A DNA stretch of 64,000 bases from Pseudomonadota bacterium (GTDB lineage Bacteria > Pseudomonadota > Gammaproteobacteria > BMS3Bbin11). The notes under the pieces were generated by a model, which was not told the DNA's origin, made no database searches, and worked only from the letters and a program-made list of their open reading frames with translations. The translations under genes were made by a program, and so were the position numbers. This document shows, piece by piece, positions 51,346 to 60,684 of this stretch (positions within the stretch are counted from its first letter, which is position 1; each line of letters opens with the position of its first letter). The stretch lies in the NCBI GenBank assembly GCA_034659075.1, contig JAYEGM010000222.1:290-64289 (forward strand), in the 5' to 3' direction.

Positions 51346-52530
51346 TTATCTTAATTGCTCATAAAGCAATTTTACGATCTGACTAGATACTTTTTCTGCT
51401 GCTGGCGAACCGTCTTTCTCCAGCACATCAAGCTTTGTTTGCTCACCGTCCGCCGTTAGTAAAATTTGATAGATACTATCTTCAGTAACATTCTTGTTTT
51501 TCTTGAACATTTTGCTGAAAAATCCGGGCTTTTTTCCATCCAGATCAGGATTGGCATAATCAACGAAATACTGCCATTGACTCTTGTCCCTGTCTTCTAC
51601 ATTAAAACCTACTCTGTCCAGTGTCTGGCCAACTCTGCGCCAGGCTATATCGATGGCATTATTGACTATCAATCGGGGCTGGCCATTTTCAGCCTTAATG
51701 ATGCTGGCCCGATCTGCTGACTTATCTGCCTTCGCATGGCTTGTTACTGCAGCAGCTTCACTGGCACCCATTTCTATCATTAACAACGACAGCATTTCAG
51801 CTTCAATACTGGGATCAGGGGGGGTCGCCTGCCAGGCAGTCTTAACAGCATCAACGCCAGTATCACTAACAACTGTCTCTATCATGCCTTTGTGAGTAAG
51901 GTAAATTTCTGTGGTATCCGTAGTACGGCCAGGCTCAATTCTGATACGAAACTTGTCTCGACTTGCGGAAGTATAAATGGATCCTAAATATTTGTTAAAC
52001 AATTTTTGCGTTCCACGCAAAACACCGGATGCATAATTGTCAGCCCAGGTCGTTTCAAGTATCCCGGCATCCTTGTCCTCCCGCTCCAGTGCCAAACCAG
52101 AGGACAGAATATAATCCCGCGCATCCGACCATGTCTCAGGATAAGACTGGTGTACGACCAGCCAGCGCTGGGAACCAGCCCGTTCGATATACATCTCTGG
52201 TGCATTACCCTCAGCCGAGGATATGGCTTTGGCAGCAGGTTCTGTCGTCTCACTAACTTCCAGGGCACTATCTTCAGCCGTTGCAGGTGATGCTATCTGT
52301 GCACCGGCAGCCGTGGCAGGTTTTTGCTTATAGGCAGGGACACTGAGACTCTTGTCAGAGGCATCGGAACTAAGATCTGGAGGTATTTCCAGTGCTGAAC
52401 GTTCTCTGCTTTCACGGTAATCCGTCAGAGCCTTCTGTTTCGGGTCTTTATCCTTTTTTGACCAGCTGCAGCCACTGGCGAAGGCAACGATCAATGCAAG
52501 TAATATGATTCCAGTAAAAGATTTTTTCAT
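51346..52530 (-). CDS. bamC: Outer membrane protein assembly factor BamC (NlpB) lipoprotein
   Basis: Lipobox AFASGC; conserved dapA-bamC adjacency; about 390 aa as expected for BamC. Confidence 0.7.
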   Translation of the reverse strand: MKKSFTGIILLALIVAFASGCSWSKKDKDPKQKALTDYRESRERSALEIPPDLSSDASDKSLSVPAYKQKPATAAGAQIASPATAEDSALEVSETTEPAAKAISSAEGNAPEMYIERAGSQRWLVVHQSYPETWSDARDYILSSGLALEREDKDAGILETTWADNYASGVLRGTQKLFNKYLGSIYTSASRDKFRIRIEPGRTTDTTEIYLTHKGMIETVVSDTGVDAVKTAWQATPPDPSIEAEMLSLLMIEMGASEAAAVTSHAKADKSADRASIIKAENGQPRLIVNNAIDIAWRRVGQTLDRVGFNVEDRDKSQWQYFVDYANPDLDGKKPGFFSKMFKKNKNVTEDSIYQILLTADGEQTKLDVLEKDGSPAAEKVSSQIVKLLYEQLR

Positions 52531-52639
52531 CGTATCAGTTTGTCACTTTAATAAATTCAAGAACGTTATATGCGGATCGATTACTAAAAACCCACCCTTG
52601 CTAAACTAAACCCTGCCTGGCCCCGTCACTGCACATCTT

Positions 52640-53515
52640 CTATTTCACGCCGGCTTTTGCCATGGCATCCCGGACAGCCTGATGATTTTCACTGGAAAGA
52701 GTGGTCAGAGGCAGACGTATCCCGCCTCCTATCAAACCCATCTGCTGCACTGCCCATTTGACCGGCATTGGATTCGCTTCCACAAACAAGTCCCGATGTA
52801 AGCCGGTAAGTGGTTCGTTGACTACTTCTGCCTGTTGTCGGTCACCCTGCCGCGCAAGCATTATCATCTCATGCATGGCCGCCGGTGAAATATTTGCGGT
52901 CACGGAAATCACACCGTCGCCGCCTGCCAGCACAAATTCCATCGCTGTTGCATCATCCCCTGAATACAGGGCGAATCCATCCGGACGATGCTTCACCAGC
53001 CATGCTGCACGCTGCAGATCTCCTGTTGCATCCTTAAGACCTATAATATTAGGTATTTCAGCAAGTCTCATGCTTGTTTCATCAGACATGTCACAGGCGG
53101 TACGTCCGGGTACATTATAAAGTATTTGCGGGACATCAACAGCTTCTGCAACAGATTTGTAATGCAGATAAAGGCCTTGCTGGCCGGGTTTATTATAGTA
53201 TGGGGTTACCAGCAGGCAGGCATCGACACCCAATTCAGCTGATCGGGCTGTGAGCGATATGGCTTCACGGGTAGAATTCGCGCCGGTGCCGGCAATAACG
53301 GGAATTCGACCATTGGCCAGGCTGACTATCTGCCTGACCACATCACAGTGCTCTTCAACGTCCAGCGTGGCAGACTCTCCAGTAGTGCCAACAGCCACTA
53401 TTGCATCGGTCTGGTTGTCTATGTGGAATTCGACCAGGCGCTCAAGCGCTGCCTGATCAACATTGCCGTCCTCATCCATAGGCGTGACGAGGGCAACAAG
53501 ACTGCCGTAAATCAT
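52640..53515 (-). CDS. dapA: 4-hydroxy-tetrahydrodipicolinate synthase
   Basis: MIYGSLVALVTPMDEDGNVDQAALERLV... aligns with the E. coli DapA N-terminus; catalytic Lys region; start set at the ATG (the ORF track used a TTG 15 nt upstream). Confidence 0.93.
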   Translation of the reverse strand: MIYGSLVALVTPMDEDGNVDQAALERLVEFHIDNQTDAIVAVGTTGESATLDVEEHCDVVRQIVSLANGRIPVIAGTGANSTREAISLTARSAELGVDACLLVTPYYNKPGQQGLYLHYKSVAEAVDVPQILYNVPGRTACDMSDETSMRLAEIPNIIGLKDATGDLQRAAWLVKHRPDGFALYSGDDATAMEFVLAGGDGVISVTANISPAAMHEMIMLARQGDRQQAEVVNEPLTGLHRDLFVEANPMPVKWAVQQMGLIGGGIRLPLTTLSSENHQAVRDAMAKAGVK

Positions 53516-53781
53516 GTTTGTTGTCCGCAAAATAAACTAAGCAGGCAATACTACTGTGCTACCCGATGATTGACAAGAAAAGACGCCTGTCAAAGTAGCA
53601 AGGCGTAGAATTAAGAGAGGAACAGATATGAAAGAGATAGGCGTATTTTCAGGGAACCGCGATTAATATTCAGATAGTCGCCCTTGTGAGCAAAGCACCA
53701 CATCCTCTATCATAAAAATCAATTGCTTAGAGACTGTTTCGTCACCACGTTTCTGGTATTGACGAATAAAATAGAGCTTAT

Positions 53782-53988
53782 TCAGGCGGCGTGCTCAGTC
53801 AATGACTCCCCGCGTGGAACATTGATAAACTCCCTGTGTCCATCGTCATATTCGATTTCCACTTCCGCCTCTTTCAGCCAGTGAAGGCAGGGTACGTCAG
53901 TACGATAGGGAACCAGTCCGTTGCTCAGTAATTCAGGATGCTCATAAAGAATTTCGTCAGTAAGTGGTATAAAAATATTAATCGACAT
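53782..53988 (-). CDS. Small hypothetical protein (68 aa)
   Basis: ORF with AGGAG RBS 8 nt upstream of the ATG; no family recognised. Confidence 0.45.
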   Translation of the reverse strand: MSINIFIPLTDEILYEHPELLSNGLVPYRTDVPCLHWLKEAEVEIEYDDGHREFINVPRGESLTEHAA

Positions 53989-54221
53989 AATTTGTGCTCC
54001 TGCTATCAGTTGCCTCTATGTTGCTTCGCTGGAGGATTTCAGTAACCTGAAAGCCTGCCCGTTTCGTTATATATAGTGAAGCAAATCGGACTGGCAGTGG
54101 AACCGCAAAGGAATGGCAATATGATGTGTAATTATGGTGAAAAAATGGTTTTTTCACAGGGCGCTGATTTCGCCAGCATACTGATATACTGTTGCGCGCG
54201 AAATCTATGGAGCCGCTATTT

Positions 54222-54917
54222 ATGAGTAGGAAAATTGCCATCGTTGAGGATGACCCTGATCAACGCGAAAACTATGCTGATGCCATGACTATGCATGGCT
54301 TTGAAGTAACCACCTACCCAAACAGGCCTGAAGCCCTGAAGGGCTTCAAGAACGAACTGCCAGATCTGGCCATTCTGGACATCATGCTGGAAGACGAGCC
54401 GGATGGCGGGTTCGACCTGTGCCGGGAGCTGCGAAGCATGTCCAGGAACCTGCCTATTATTTTCCTGACTGCTCGCGATAATGATATTGACACCGTTTCA
54501 GGCTTGCGCCTGGATGCCTGGGATTACCTCACCAAGCCGGTAAATTTACAGTACCTGGCGGTACGCGTGTCCTCATTATTCCGTATTGTAGATACCCTGA
54601 GTGCGCGCACAGTAGACGAAGACAAGGTCTATCGACTGGGTGATTTGATGGTTGACCAGCAAAGCATGTCCATCGCCTGGAAAGGCCAGCCATTGAATCT
54701 GACACTGACAGAATACTGGCTGGTCGAATCAATGTCACGGCATCCCGGCCACGTCCGCACCTATGACCACATGATGCAGGTTACCCGGCAAAGCATGGTT
54801 GAGCGAAATACTATCAATGGCTACATCAGGAGAATTCGCAACAAGTTCAAGGCGCAGGACAGTAAGTTTGATGCCATTCAAACCGTTTTTGGCGTGGGCT
54901 ACCGCTGGAAAGCCTAG
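54222..54917 (+). CDS. OmpR-family response regulator (receiver plus winged-helix)
   Basis: IAIVEDDPDQ ... LAILDIMLEDEPDGGFDLC ... winged-helix C-terminus ...VFGVGYRW. Confidence 0.9.
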   Translation: MSRKIAIVEDDPDQRENYADAMTMHGFEVTTYPNRPEALKGFKNELPDLAILDIMLEDEPDGGFDLCRELRSMSRNLPIIFLTARDNDIDTVSGLRLDAWDYLTKPVNLQYLAVRVSSLFRIVDTLSARTVDEDKVYRLGDLMVDQQSMSIAWKGQPLNLTLTEYWLVESMSRHPGHVRTYDHMMQVTRQSMVERNTINGYIRRIRNKFKAQDSKFDAIQTVFGVGYRWKA

Positions 54918-54938
54918 AAGAACTAAGGAATTCCTTCA

Positions 54939-57098
54939 ATGATTCGGGTAAGTATCCGCTACAAATTACTGCTGGTCGTGCTGACCCTGCTGCTGATTCC
55001 CTGGATGGGCTACCAATACGTAAGGGAAATGAAAACGTTTGCCCTGCAGGGACAGGAAGAAGCACTGTTGCTGACCGCGGGTGCCATCGCCACCGTACTG
55101 CACGACCGACCTGAACTATTTTCGTCTGAGAAAATCGTCCCTGCTACAGATAGAGAAATTGGTGATCTTCGGGTAATGAGACTTGACCATCCCTTAACGA
55201 TGGACGGTAAACTTGATGACTGGGGACGACTGGCTGAAAATGCCGGTCATTACTCCGTGCCCAGGTATTTAAAAAAGCCTGGCGGTCATGAAAAAGATCT
55301 GTCTTATAAGCATGTACTCGGCAGCTGGGGACGTTATCTGTATGCATTGTTCATCGTGCAGGACGACAAGGTCACGTACCGGGACACTAGCTATCGTCGA
55401 CTGGATAACAGCGATCATCTGCGGATTTATTTACGTAATGAAAAGGACACAATGACCCAGTTTGCTGCAGTGGCCGCTAAACCCGGCCGGATGGATGTAT
55501 ACGCTATGGATGAAGAATGGCGTTACCCGATTACCGGTGACCCAATCTACAGCATCGTCAGCTATTTCAGGCCACTGGAAAATGGCTATGCCATAGAACT
55601 TAGAATCCCGGGCAATATGGTGTCCGATGATACCCGCCTGGCGATCGCAATTGCTGATGTAGATGACGTAAAAAAACGAAAGGTGGAAACTGTACTCGGT
55701 ACTTCTACCGCCAAAAACACGACTGATCCTGGCAGAGTACGGATACCTTCCCCGGAGATTGACAGGATTCTCCGGGGCCTGGACAAACCCGGCACCAGAA
55801 TCTGGATCATTGACCAGAATAAATATGTCCGGGCTCTGGTCGGTGACCTTTCAACTCCACAGAACAGGGAAATCAAGCTCAGTGGCTCCAACATGAAGTC
55901 GCTGCAACAGTGGATGAATAAATTTCTTGGACCCGTTTTCAGGATAATACTGAATACCCCGGTGACCGAGTTTAAAGACCTGCCCGATGATACACGCACA
56001 CGAAACGAGGCTGTTATCTATCAGGTACTGGAAGGAAAACCGGCAACAGACAGGCGCGCCAGTGTTGACCAGCAGGCTGAACTGCTCATGGCAGCACACC
56101 CCATTTTAAATAATGACAAAATCATGGGTGCTGTGATTGTCGAACGCAGCAGTAATAATGTCGTCGACCTGCAAAACCAGCTGCTGCAAAACCTGATTGC
56201 TGTAACGGTGATTGTGTTCGCACTTGTGGGTGCGGCCCTGATGACCTTTGCCTGGCGACTGACCCGGCGCATTAGACGCCTCAGCAGAGCCAGCGGCCAT
56301 GCCATCAACCCGGAGGGGCGGCTACGAATGGAGCATGGGCTACCCGATACAAATGCCGGAGATGAAATCGGTGACCTGTCACGCAGTATATCGGGCATGC
56401 TGAAACGCCTGACACATTACACACGGTATCTTGAACGCATGCCAGACACCCTTGCCCATGAGCTTAACAACCCGCTAAACGTCGTCAATTCCTCACTGGA
56501 GAACCTTGGCACACAGCATCCAGATATTGCACAAAGCAAGTATATGTCACGCGCCCGAAACGGAGTAAACAGACTGGGCTCGTTACTGGCCAGCCTGACT
56601 GAAGCCGGCAACCTGGAAGAGGCGCTGGAAACCGAGCACCACGAAAAATTTAACCTCAATAAAATGCTGGCCATGCTCATCGAGGGCTACCAGGAAAGCC
56701 ACCCGGAATTCAAACAGGGCTTCATCACCCAGCTGCCCGAACATCAGGTAATCCTCGAAGGCAGCCCTGATCATATTGCGCAAATGATGGACAAACTGCT
56801 GGATAATGCAATGGACTTTTGTGCACCTCGGCAACCGGTATCATTTTCACTCAGCATCTGGCACCAACAGGCCATCATCAAGGTTATGAACATCGGCAAG
56901 ACCTTACCCGAAGGTATGGAAGAACGGCTATTCGACCCCATGATTTCACTGCGTCAATCAGGTGAATCACGCTCTCACCTGGGCATGGGATTGCACATCG
57001 TACGACTTATAGCCACAGCGCATGGCGGCACAGTAGATGCCAGGAATAATGAAGCGGGGAACGGGGTGGTGTTCGAGGTCAGACTGCCGTTGGCTTAA
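54939..57098 (+). CDS. Sensor histidine kinase with large periplasmic sensing domain (TM-periplasmic-TM-HAMP-HisKA-HATPase)
   Basis: H-box LAHELNNPLN; G-boxes ...GMGLHIV.., HGGTV; two TM segments flanking a periplasmic domain of about 360 aa. Confidence 0.9.
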   Translation: MIRVSIRYKLLLVVLTLLLIPWMGYQYVREMKTFALQGQEEALLLTAGAIATVLHDRPELFSSEKIVPATDREIGDLRVMRLDHPLTMDGKLDDWGRLAENAGHYSVPRYLKKPGGHEKDLSYKHVLGSWGRYLYALFIVQDDKVTYRDTSYRRLDNSDHLRIYLRNEKDTMTQFAAVAAKPGRMDVYAMDEEWRYPITGDPIYSIVSYFRPLENGYAIELRIPGNMVSDDTRLAIAIADVDDVKKRKVETVLGTSTAKNTTDPGRVRIPSPEIDRILRGLDKPGTRIWIIDQNKYVRALVGDLSTPQNREIKLSGSNMKSLQQWMNKFLGPVFRIILNTPVTEFKDLPDDTRTRNEAVIYQVLEGKPATDRRASVDQQAELLMAAHPILNNDKIMGAVIVERSSNNVVDLQNQLLQNLIAVTVIVFALVGAALMTFAWRLTRRIRRLSRASGHAINPEGRLRMEHGLPDTNAGDEIGDLSRSISGMLKRLTHYTRYLERMPDTLAHELNNPLNVVNSSLENLGTQHPDIAQSKYMSRARNGVNRLGSLLASLTEAGNLEEALETEHHEKFNLNKMLAMLIEGYQESHPEFKQGFITQLPEHQVILEGSPDHIAQMMDKLLDNAMDFCAPRQPVSFSLSIWHQQAIIKVMNIGKTLPEGMEERLFDPMISLRQSGESRSHLGMGLHIVRLIATAHGGTVDARNNEAGNGVVFEVRLPLA

Positions 57099-57109
57099 AT
57101 CGTAAAAAC

Positions 57110-57526
57110 TTATTTTTTCAGGCTGCTCTGGTCCCAATGCACGGTGCAATCAAGCAGAGACAGTACTGAAATCAGGTCATTGCGGCTACCGCGACCCAGA
57201 ATTTCTACCGGACGATGGTTATCCAGATGACGGTTTTTCTGTTTGATCCAGAACATGGCCATTTGAGGATTGGTCGGATAAGTGGTTCTTAAGGCATCAC
57301 TGATATGCGCCAGAAGTGAGACCCGCTGCTGGATCTGTTCATCATCAGGGAAAGGCTTGTTCTCGCGGTGCTGGCGCAATGTACGCGTGCGCGTGCCTTC
57401 TGGAAACCCCAAAACCCGTATCTGCTGCTCTGCATCCAGTCCGAACTGGTCAAGCATACGAATTATGCCCTGTGTCTGCTGCATCTTTTTTTCCTGTAAG
57501 TCCTGATCCATAACTCTCACCCTCAA
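57110..57526 (-). CDS. DUF2384 / Xre-like antitoxin-family protein (ParS/MbcA-type toxin-binding domain), solitary
   Basis: C-terminal ...PTNPQMAMFWIKQKNRHLDNHRPVEILGRGSRNDLISVLSLLDCTVHW matches the DUF2384 consensus (..PNPALGGRRPLDLL.TE.G...V..LLGRIEHGV.); N-terminal Xre-like HTH region; no RES-domain gene adjacent. Confidence 0.6.
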   Translation of the reverse strand: MRVRVMDQDLQEKKMQQTQGIIRMLDQFGLDAEQQIRVLGFPEGTRTRTLRQHRENKPFPDDEQIQQRVSLLAHISDALRTTYPTNPQMAMFWIKQKNRHLDNHRPVEILGRGSRNDLISVLSLLDCTVHWDQSSLKK

Positions 57527-57539
57527 TAGAGCCCGAAAT

Positions 57540-57567
57540 TATACCTGACTTTATTCATCAGGTATAA
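57540..57567. promoter_or_regulatory. Palindromic operator (atacctga-N9-tcaggtat) overlapping divergent -10 boxes
   Basis: 8-bp inverted repeat 57540-47 / 57557-64; plus-strand TATAAT 57562-67 and minus-strand TATAAT 57542-37. Confidence 0.5.
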
Positions 57568-57610
57568 TCATACACATTATTTCAGGGGATATATCAGGAA
57601 TATAATTAAA

Positions 57611-57814
57611 ATGAAATGGATAGATAAACTGTCATGGCCGGTGGTGATTGTAATAACCGCCACACTGGGTCTTGCACCCTTTTCTCCACAACCTCATGTA
57701 GTCGAAAAGCTGGCTATGCTGCTCAATGGAACACTGTCCAGACCCATTGATATATTCGACCTTCTGCTGCATGGTACGCCGTGGGTTTTTCTTGGATATG
57801 GGGAAAGAAGCTAA
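57611..57814 (+). CDS. Small membrane protein (67 aa), unknown function
   Basis: One TM helix WPVVIVITATLGLAPF; divergent from the DUF2384 gene. Confidence 0.45.
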   Translation: MKWIDKLSWPVVIVITATLGLAPFSPQPHVVEKLAMLLNGTLSRPIDIFDLLLHGTPWVFLGYGERS

Positions 57815-57826
57815 ATGAAAGTATTA

Positions 57827-57877
57827 CGTTTTATGGTTTAGGTTTTACGTAAAACCTAATACCTAAAACCTAAAACA
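57827..57877. repeat. Palindromic heptamer-repeat element (22-bp perfect palindrome ttaggttttacgtaaaacctaa flanked by cctaaaa repeats)
   Basis: Read directly from the sequence; lies immediately after the stop of the 67-aa gene. Confidence 0.85.
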
Positions 57878-58083
57878 TCTGTCCTTCATCCAGCTCTTCC
57901 ATGTGACAGGTAGCATTTCTGTGAGGTTTGTCATCAGGCTTCATTTCGGCCATAGTGCACCATATTTTTTAAAATCGTGACCTTATAATCTGAAATAAAC
58001 ATCGTGTCTCAGAAAAATTGTCGAGTGCGGCTTTACATCATAATCCAGTACAGTCTGCTATCAAAATGAGATCCTGAAATTCC

Positions 58084-58860
58084 ATGTCAGTCCCACCTTC
58101 TTCTCATCTTCTAAAAATCTCAGACCTGACCGTGGCGATTGGAGATCAGATACTTTGCCGGTCATTATCTATTGACATGTCTGCAGGTGAGTCCTGGGCT
58201 ATTCTCGGTTCGAATGGTTCGGGTAAAACCACTCTATTGCTTACCCTGGCCGGCCTGCGAGATGCCCGGTCAGGGGAAATACGGCTGCAGGGGAAAAAAA
58301 TTTCATCCTACAGTCCGCGGCAACTCGCTACCCTGCGCAGCATGCTTTTTCAAAAAACAGATGATGCCTTCCCCACCATGGTTATGGAGACTGTGCTATC
58401 CGGACGCCACCCGCACATCCCCTACTGGCAAACCGAGACAATTGAGGATTTCAGAATTGCCCAACAGGCACTGGACAAGGTCGACATGTCTGGCTTTGAA
58501 GATCGTGACATCAACAGCCTTTCCGGCGGCGAACGTCAGCGTGTCTCGATTGCAGCCTGTCTGGCACAGAAATCACCAATCCGTATGTTTGATGAACCTG
58601 CCAATCACCTGGACATGAAACATCAGAATAGCATCCTGCAGTTGATCAGTGAAAACTATCAGCACCTGAATCTGGTGGTACTACAGGATATAAATCAGGC
58701 ATGGCGATATTGCAGTCATGCCTTGTTGCTGTACCCGGATGGCTCGGTCGAAACGGGCAGCATTAAAGATATGCTGGTCATTGAAAAACTTGAAGCTCTG
58801 TATGGTTGTAAGTTGAAGATTGTTCAGGATGGGAATGATCGGATATTTGTTCATTCATAG
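58084..58860 (+). CDS. ABC transporter ATP-binding protein (FecE/HmuV/BtuD-like), solitary
   Basis: Walker A GSNGSGKTT; signature LSGGERQR; Walker B MFDEP; no permease or binding-protein gene adjacent. Confidence 0.85.
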   Translation: MSVPPSSHLLKISDLTVAIGDQILCRSLSIDMSAGESWAILGSNGSGKTTLLLTLAGLRDARSGEIRLQGKKISSYSPRQLATLRSMLFQKTDDAFPTMVMETVLSGRHPHIPYWQTETIEDFRIAQQALDKVDMSGFEDRDINSLSGGERQRVSIAACLAQKSPIRMFDEPANHLDMKHQNSILQLISENYQHLNLVVLQDINQAWRYCSHALLLYPDGSVETGSIKDMLVIEKLEALYGCKLKIVQDGNDRIFVHS

Positions 58861-58969
58861 TGGGGCTAAAGTTCAGACTAAGGATAAAAGATAAAACCGT
58901 CATTCCGGCATGCTTTTAGCCGGAATCCATCAAATTAAAAAAACTGGATTTGCTTTCCCCCTTTCCTCC

Positions 58970-59518
58970 TTAGCCCTTAGTCTTATCCGTTGACCTCCCA
59001 TCCCCTTCGTCTACCTCCACCAAAATCCTTCGCCACTGCTCAAGCTTCTCATCAAAACGCATCGCCGCATATGCCGGGCTGGTAGAAGGCAGCTTTTGAT
59101 AACGCAGCTCGCAAGAATAAATCTCTTTCTGGCAGAGAACATGTTTTTTATATAATCGCTCAGCAGTACCGCCATTAAAGTAGACACATCTAATCGAGCG
59201 ATGAGCAGAAAATAATCGGACAAAATCATTCGCCTGCTCAGTAGCAGTCTCGATGCTCGAATCCAGACTGCCAACCCTATTGCAGGTTTTCAATACATCC
59301 CAGACAGCCAGGCCACAGTCCGTAAGCCTTGTACAACGTTCATCATAGTCGCTGCCCCGTTCGATATCGAGCAGCTCTTGCATAATCGGCCAGAACGCAT
59401 TTCTGGGGTGCGCATAGTATTGCTGCTGTCGTAAAGAAGCCACGCCCGGCATGGATCCCAGAATCAGAACTCTGCAATTTTCCTGCACCACAGGATCAAA
59501 GCTTCTTAAAAGGGCCAT
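58970..59518 (-). CDS. UDG-superfamily DNA glycosylase (DNA-deoxyinosine / hypoxanthine glycosylase-like)
   Basis: RVLILGSMPGVASL motif and overall UDG-fold pattern; start set at MALLRSF. Confidence 0.65.
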   Translation of the reverse strand: MALLRSFDPVVQENCRVLILGSMPGVASLRQQQYYAHPRNAFWPIMQELLDIERGSDYDERCTRLTDCGLAVWDVLKTCNRVGSLDSSIETATEQANDFVRLFSAHRSIRCVYFNGGTAERLYKKHVLCQKEIYSCELRYQKLPSTSPAYAAMRFDEKLEQWRRILVEVDEGDGRSTDKTKG

Positions 59519-60684
59519 ACATCTCTTGCCAGGCGCAAGCCGGCAAACATATGGCGTTTTTCCGGCTGGTAGAAGTTGCGAAATGATGGGTGGCAAACAG
59601 TCTTTCCTGAAAACCGACTATTACCTTTTAATGTGTAATGATTGCCATCAAACCAGGGACTGGAATAGCGTTCATACGGGAAGGCCTTGAAGCCCGGATA
59701 GGGGAAAAAGGTATTGGCGCACCATTCCCACACTTCTCCGGTCGACTTATTTAACACAGGATCTGATGCCACTGCAGCCTCCCATTCGTGTTCATGCGGT
59801 AATCGGCAAGCCGCATAACGTGCAAAAGCATCCGCTTCATACCAGCTAATTCCCGAAACAGCTGCATCGGGATCAATATCTACAACCCCCTCTGGGCTTA
59901 TTTCACACCAGTTTTCTGATTTATCACGCAGCCAGAATTCAGGTGCATGTAATTGTCTCTCTGTTATCCATTGCCAGCCAGCCCTGCTCCAGAAACTTTT
60001 TTGCTGATAACCGGCGGCCTGCATAAAACCCAGATACTCGGCATTACTGACCGGTTTCTCAGCAAGTTGATAAGCAGCAAGCTCTGTTTCATGTACCGGT
60101 TGTTCATTATCACAGGCCAGAACATCATTGGAGCCGACTTCGTATCTACCTTGTTCAAACGATGCTTCTGGCAACGCGGGTCCGTGTGCATCAAAGCTTT
60201 TAACCATTGAATTTGTTACAGATGCCGTTCCAAGGGCTTTCTGATGCAGTGCCATCTGCATCGTTTCCAGGTGCTGTTCGCCGTGCTGGAGCAGAAACCA
60301 GCCAATATAATCATATTCCAGCAGCGGATGCTTCTGTTGCCTGGATAGTTTTTCGAATAACAGGACGGACAATAAATTTTCCGCATCAGAAAAGTCATGC
60401 TGCAGACGTGAAAAGTCAGTCATCCCCGGCAACTCACCGCGTTCAGACTTAGCTATCATTTCCGGAAAATAACAGTGATGAAAACCTGCAGTTCTGCTGT
60501 TGTCATTCAGCAAAACTTCGCGCAACCAGTACTGCTCGATAAACGCAACATGTGCAAGATGCCAGCCCAACTGACTGAGATCAGCGTGATACTGATTACG
60601 CAATTCTGCCTCAGAACAGGTGGAAAACTGTTTTATCAGCCGATCATGTAGAGATGAAAGACCCTCTGCAACTGATGTATTCAC
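59506..60684 (-). CDS. egtB: Ergothioneine biosynthesis sulfoxide synthase EgtB-like (DinB_2 plus FGE-sulfatase domains)
   Basis: N-terminal DinB-like HxxxE region (WHLAHVAFIEQYW); C-terminal FGE-like domain (...GEVWEWC...); 4-nt overlap with upstream egtC; egtD adjacent. Confidence 0.75.
   Translation of the reverse strand: MNTSVAEGLSSLHDRLIKQFSTCSEAELRNQYHADLSQLGWHLAHVAFIEQYWLREVLLNDNSRTAGFHHCYFPEMIAKSERGELPGMTDFSRLQHDFSDAENLLSVLLFEKLSRQQKHPLLEYDYIGWFLLQHGEQHLETMQMALHQKALGTASVTNSMVKSFDAHGPALPEASFEQGRYEVGSNDVLACDNEQPVHETELAAYQLAEKPVSNAEYLGFMQAAGYQQKSFWSRAGWQWITERQLHAPEFWLRDKSENWCEISPEGVVDIDPDAAVSGISWYEADAFARYAACRLPHEHEWEAAVASDPVLNKSTGEVWEWCANTFFPYPGFKAFPYERYSSPWFDGNHYTLKGNSRFSGKTVCHPSFRNFYQPEKRHMFAGLRLARDVWPF

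Noticed and set aside
53978-54241. 87-aa minus-strand ORF overlapping the response-regulator start region
   Set aside because: Overlaps the promoter and RBS region of a well-supported gene, with no motif support; the 68-aa ORF just downstream (53782-53988) with an AGGAG RBS is the better candidate.
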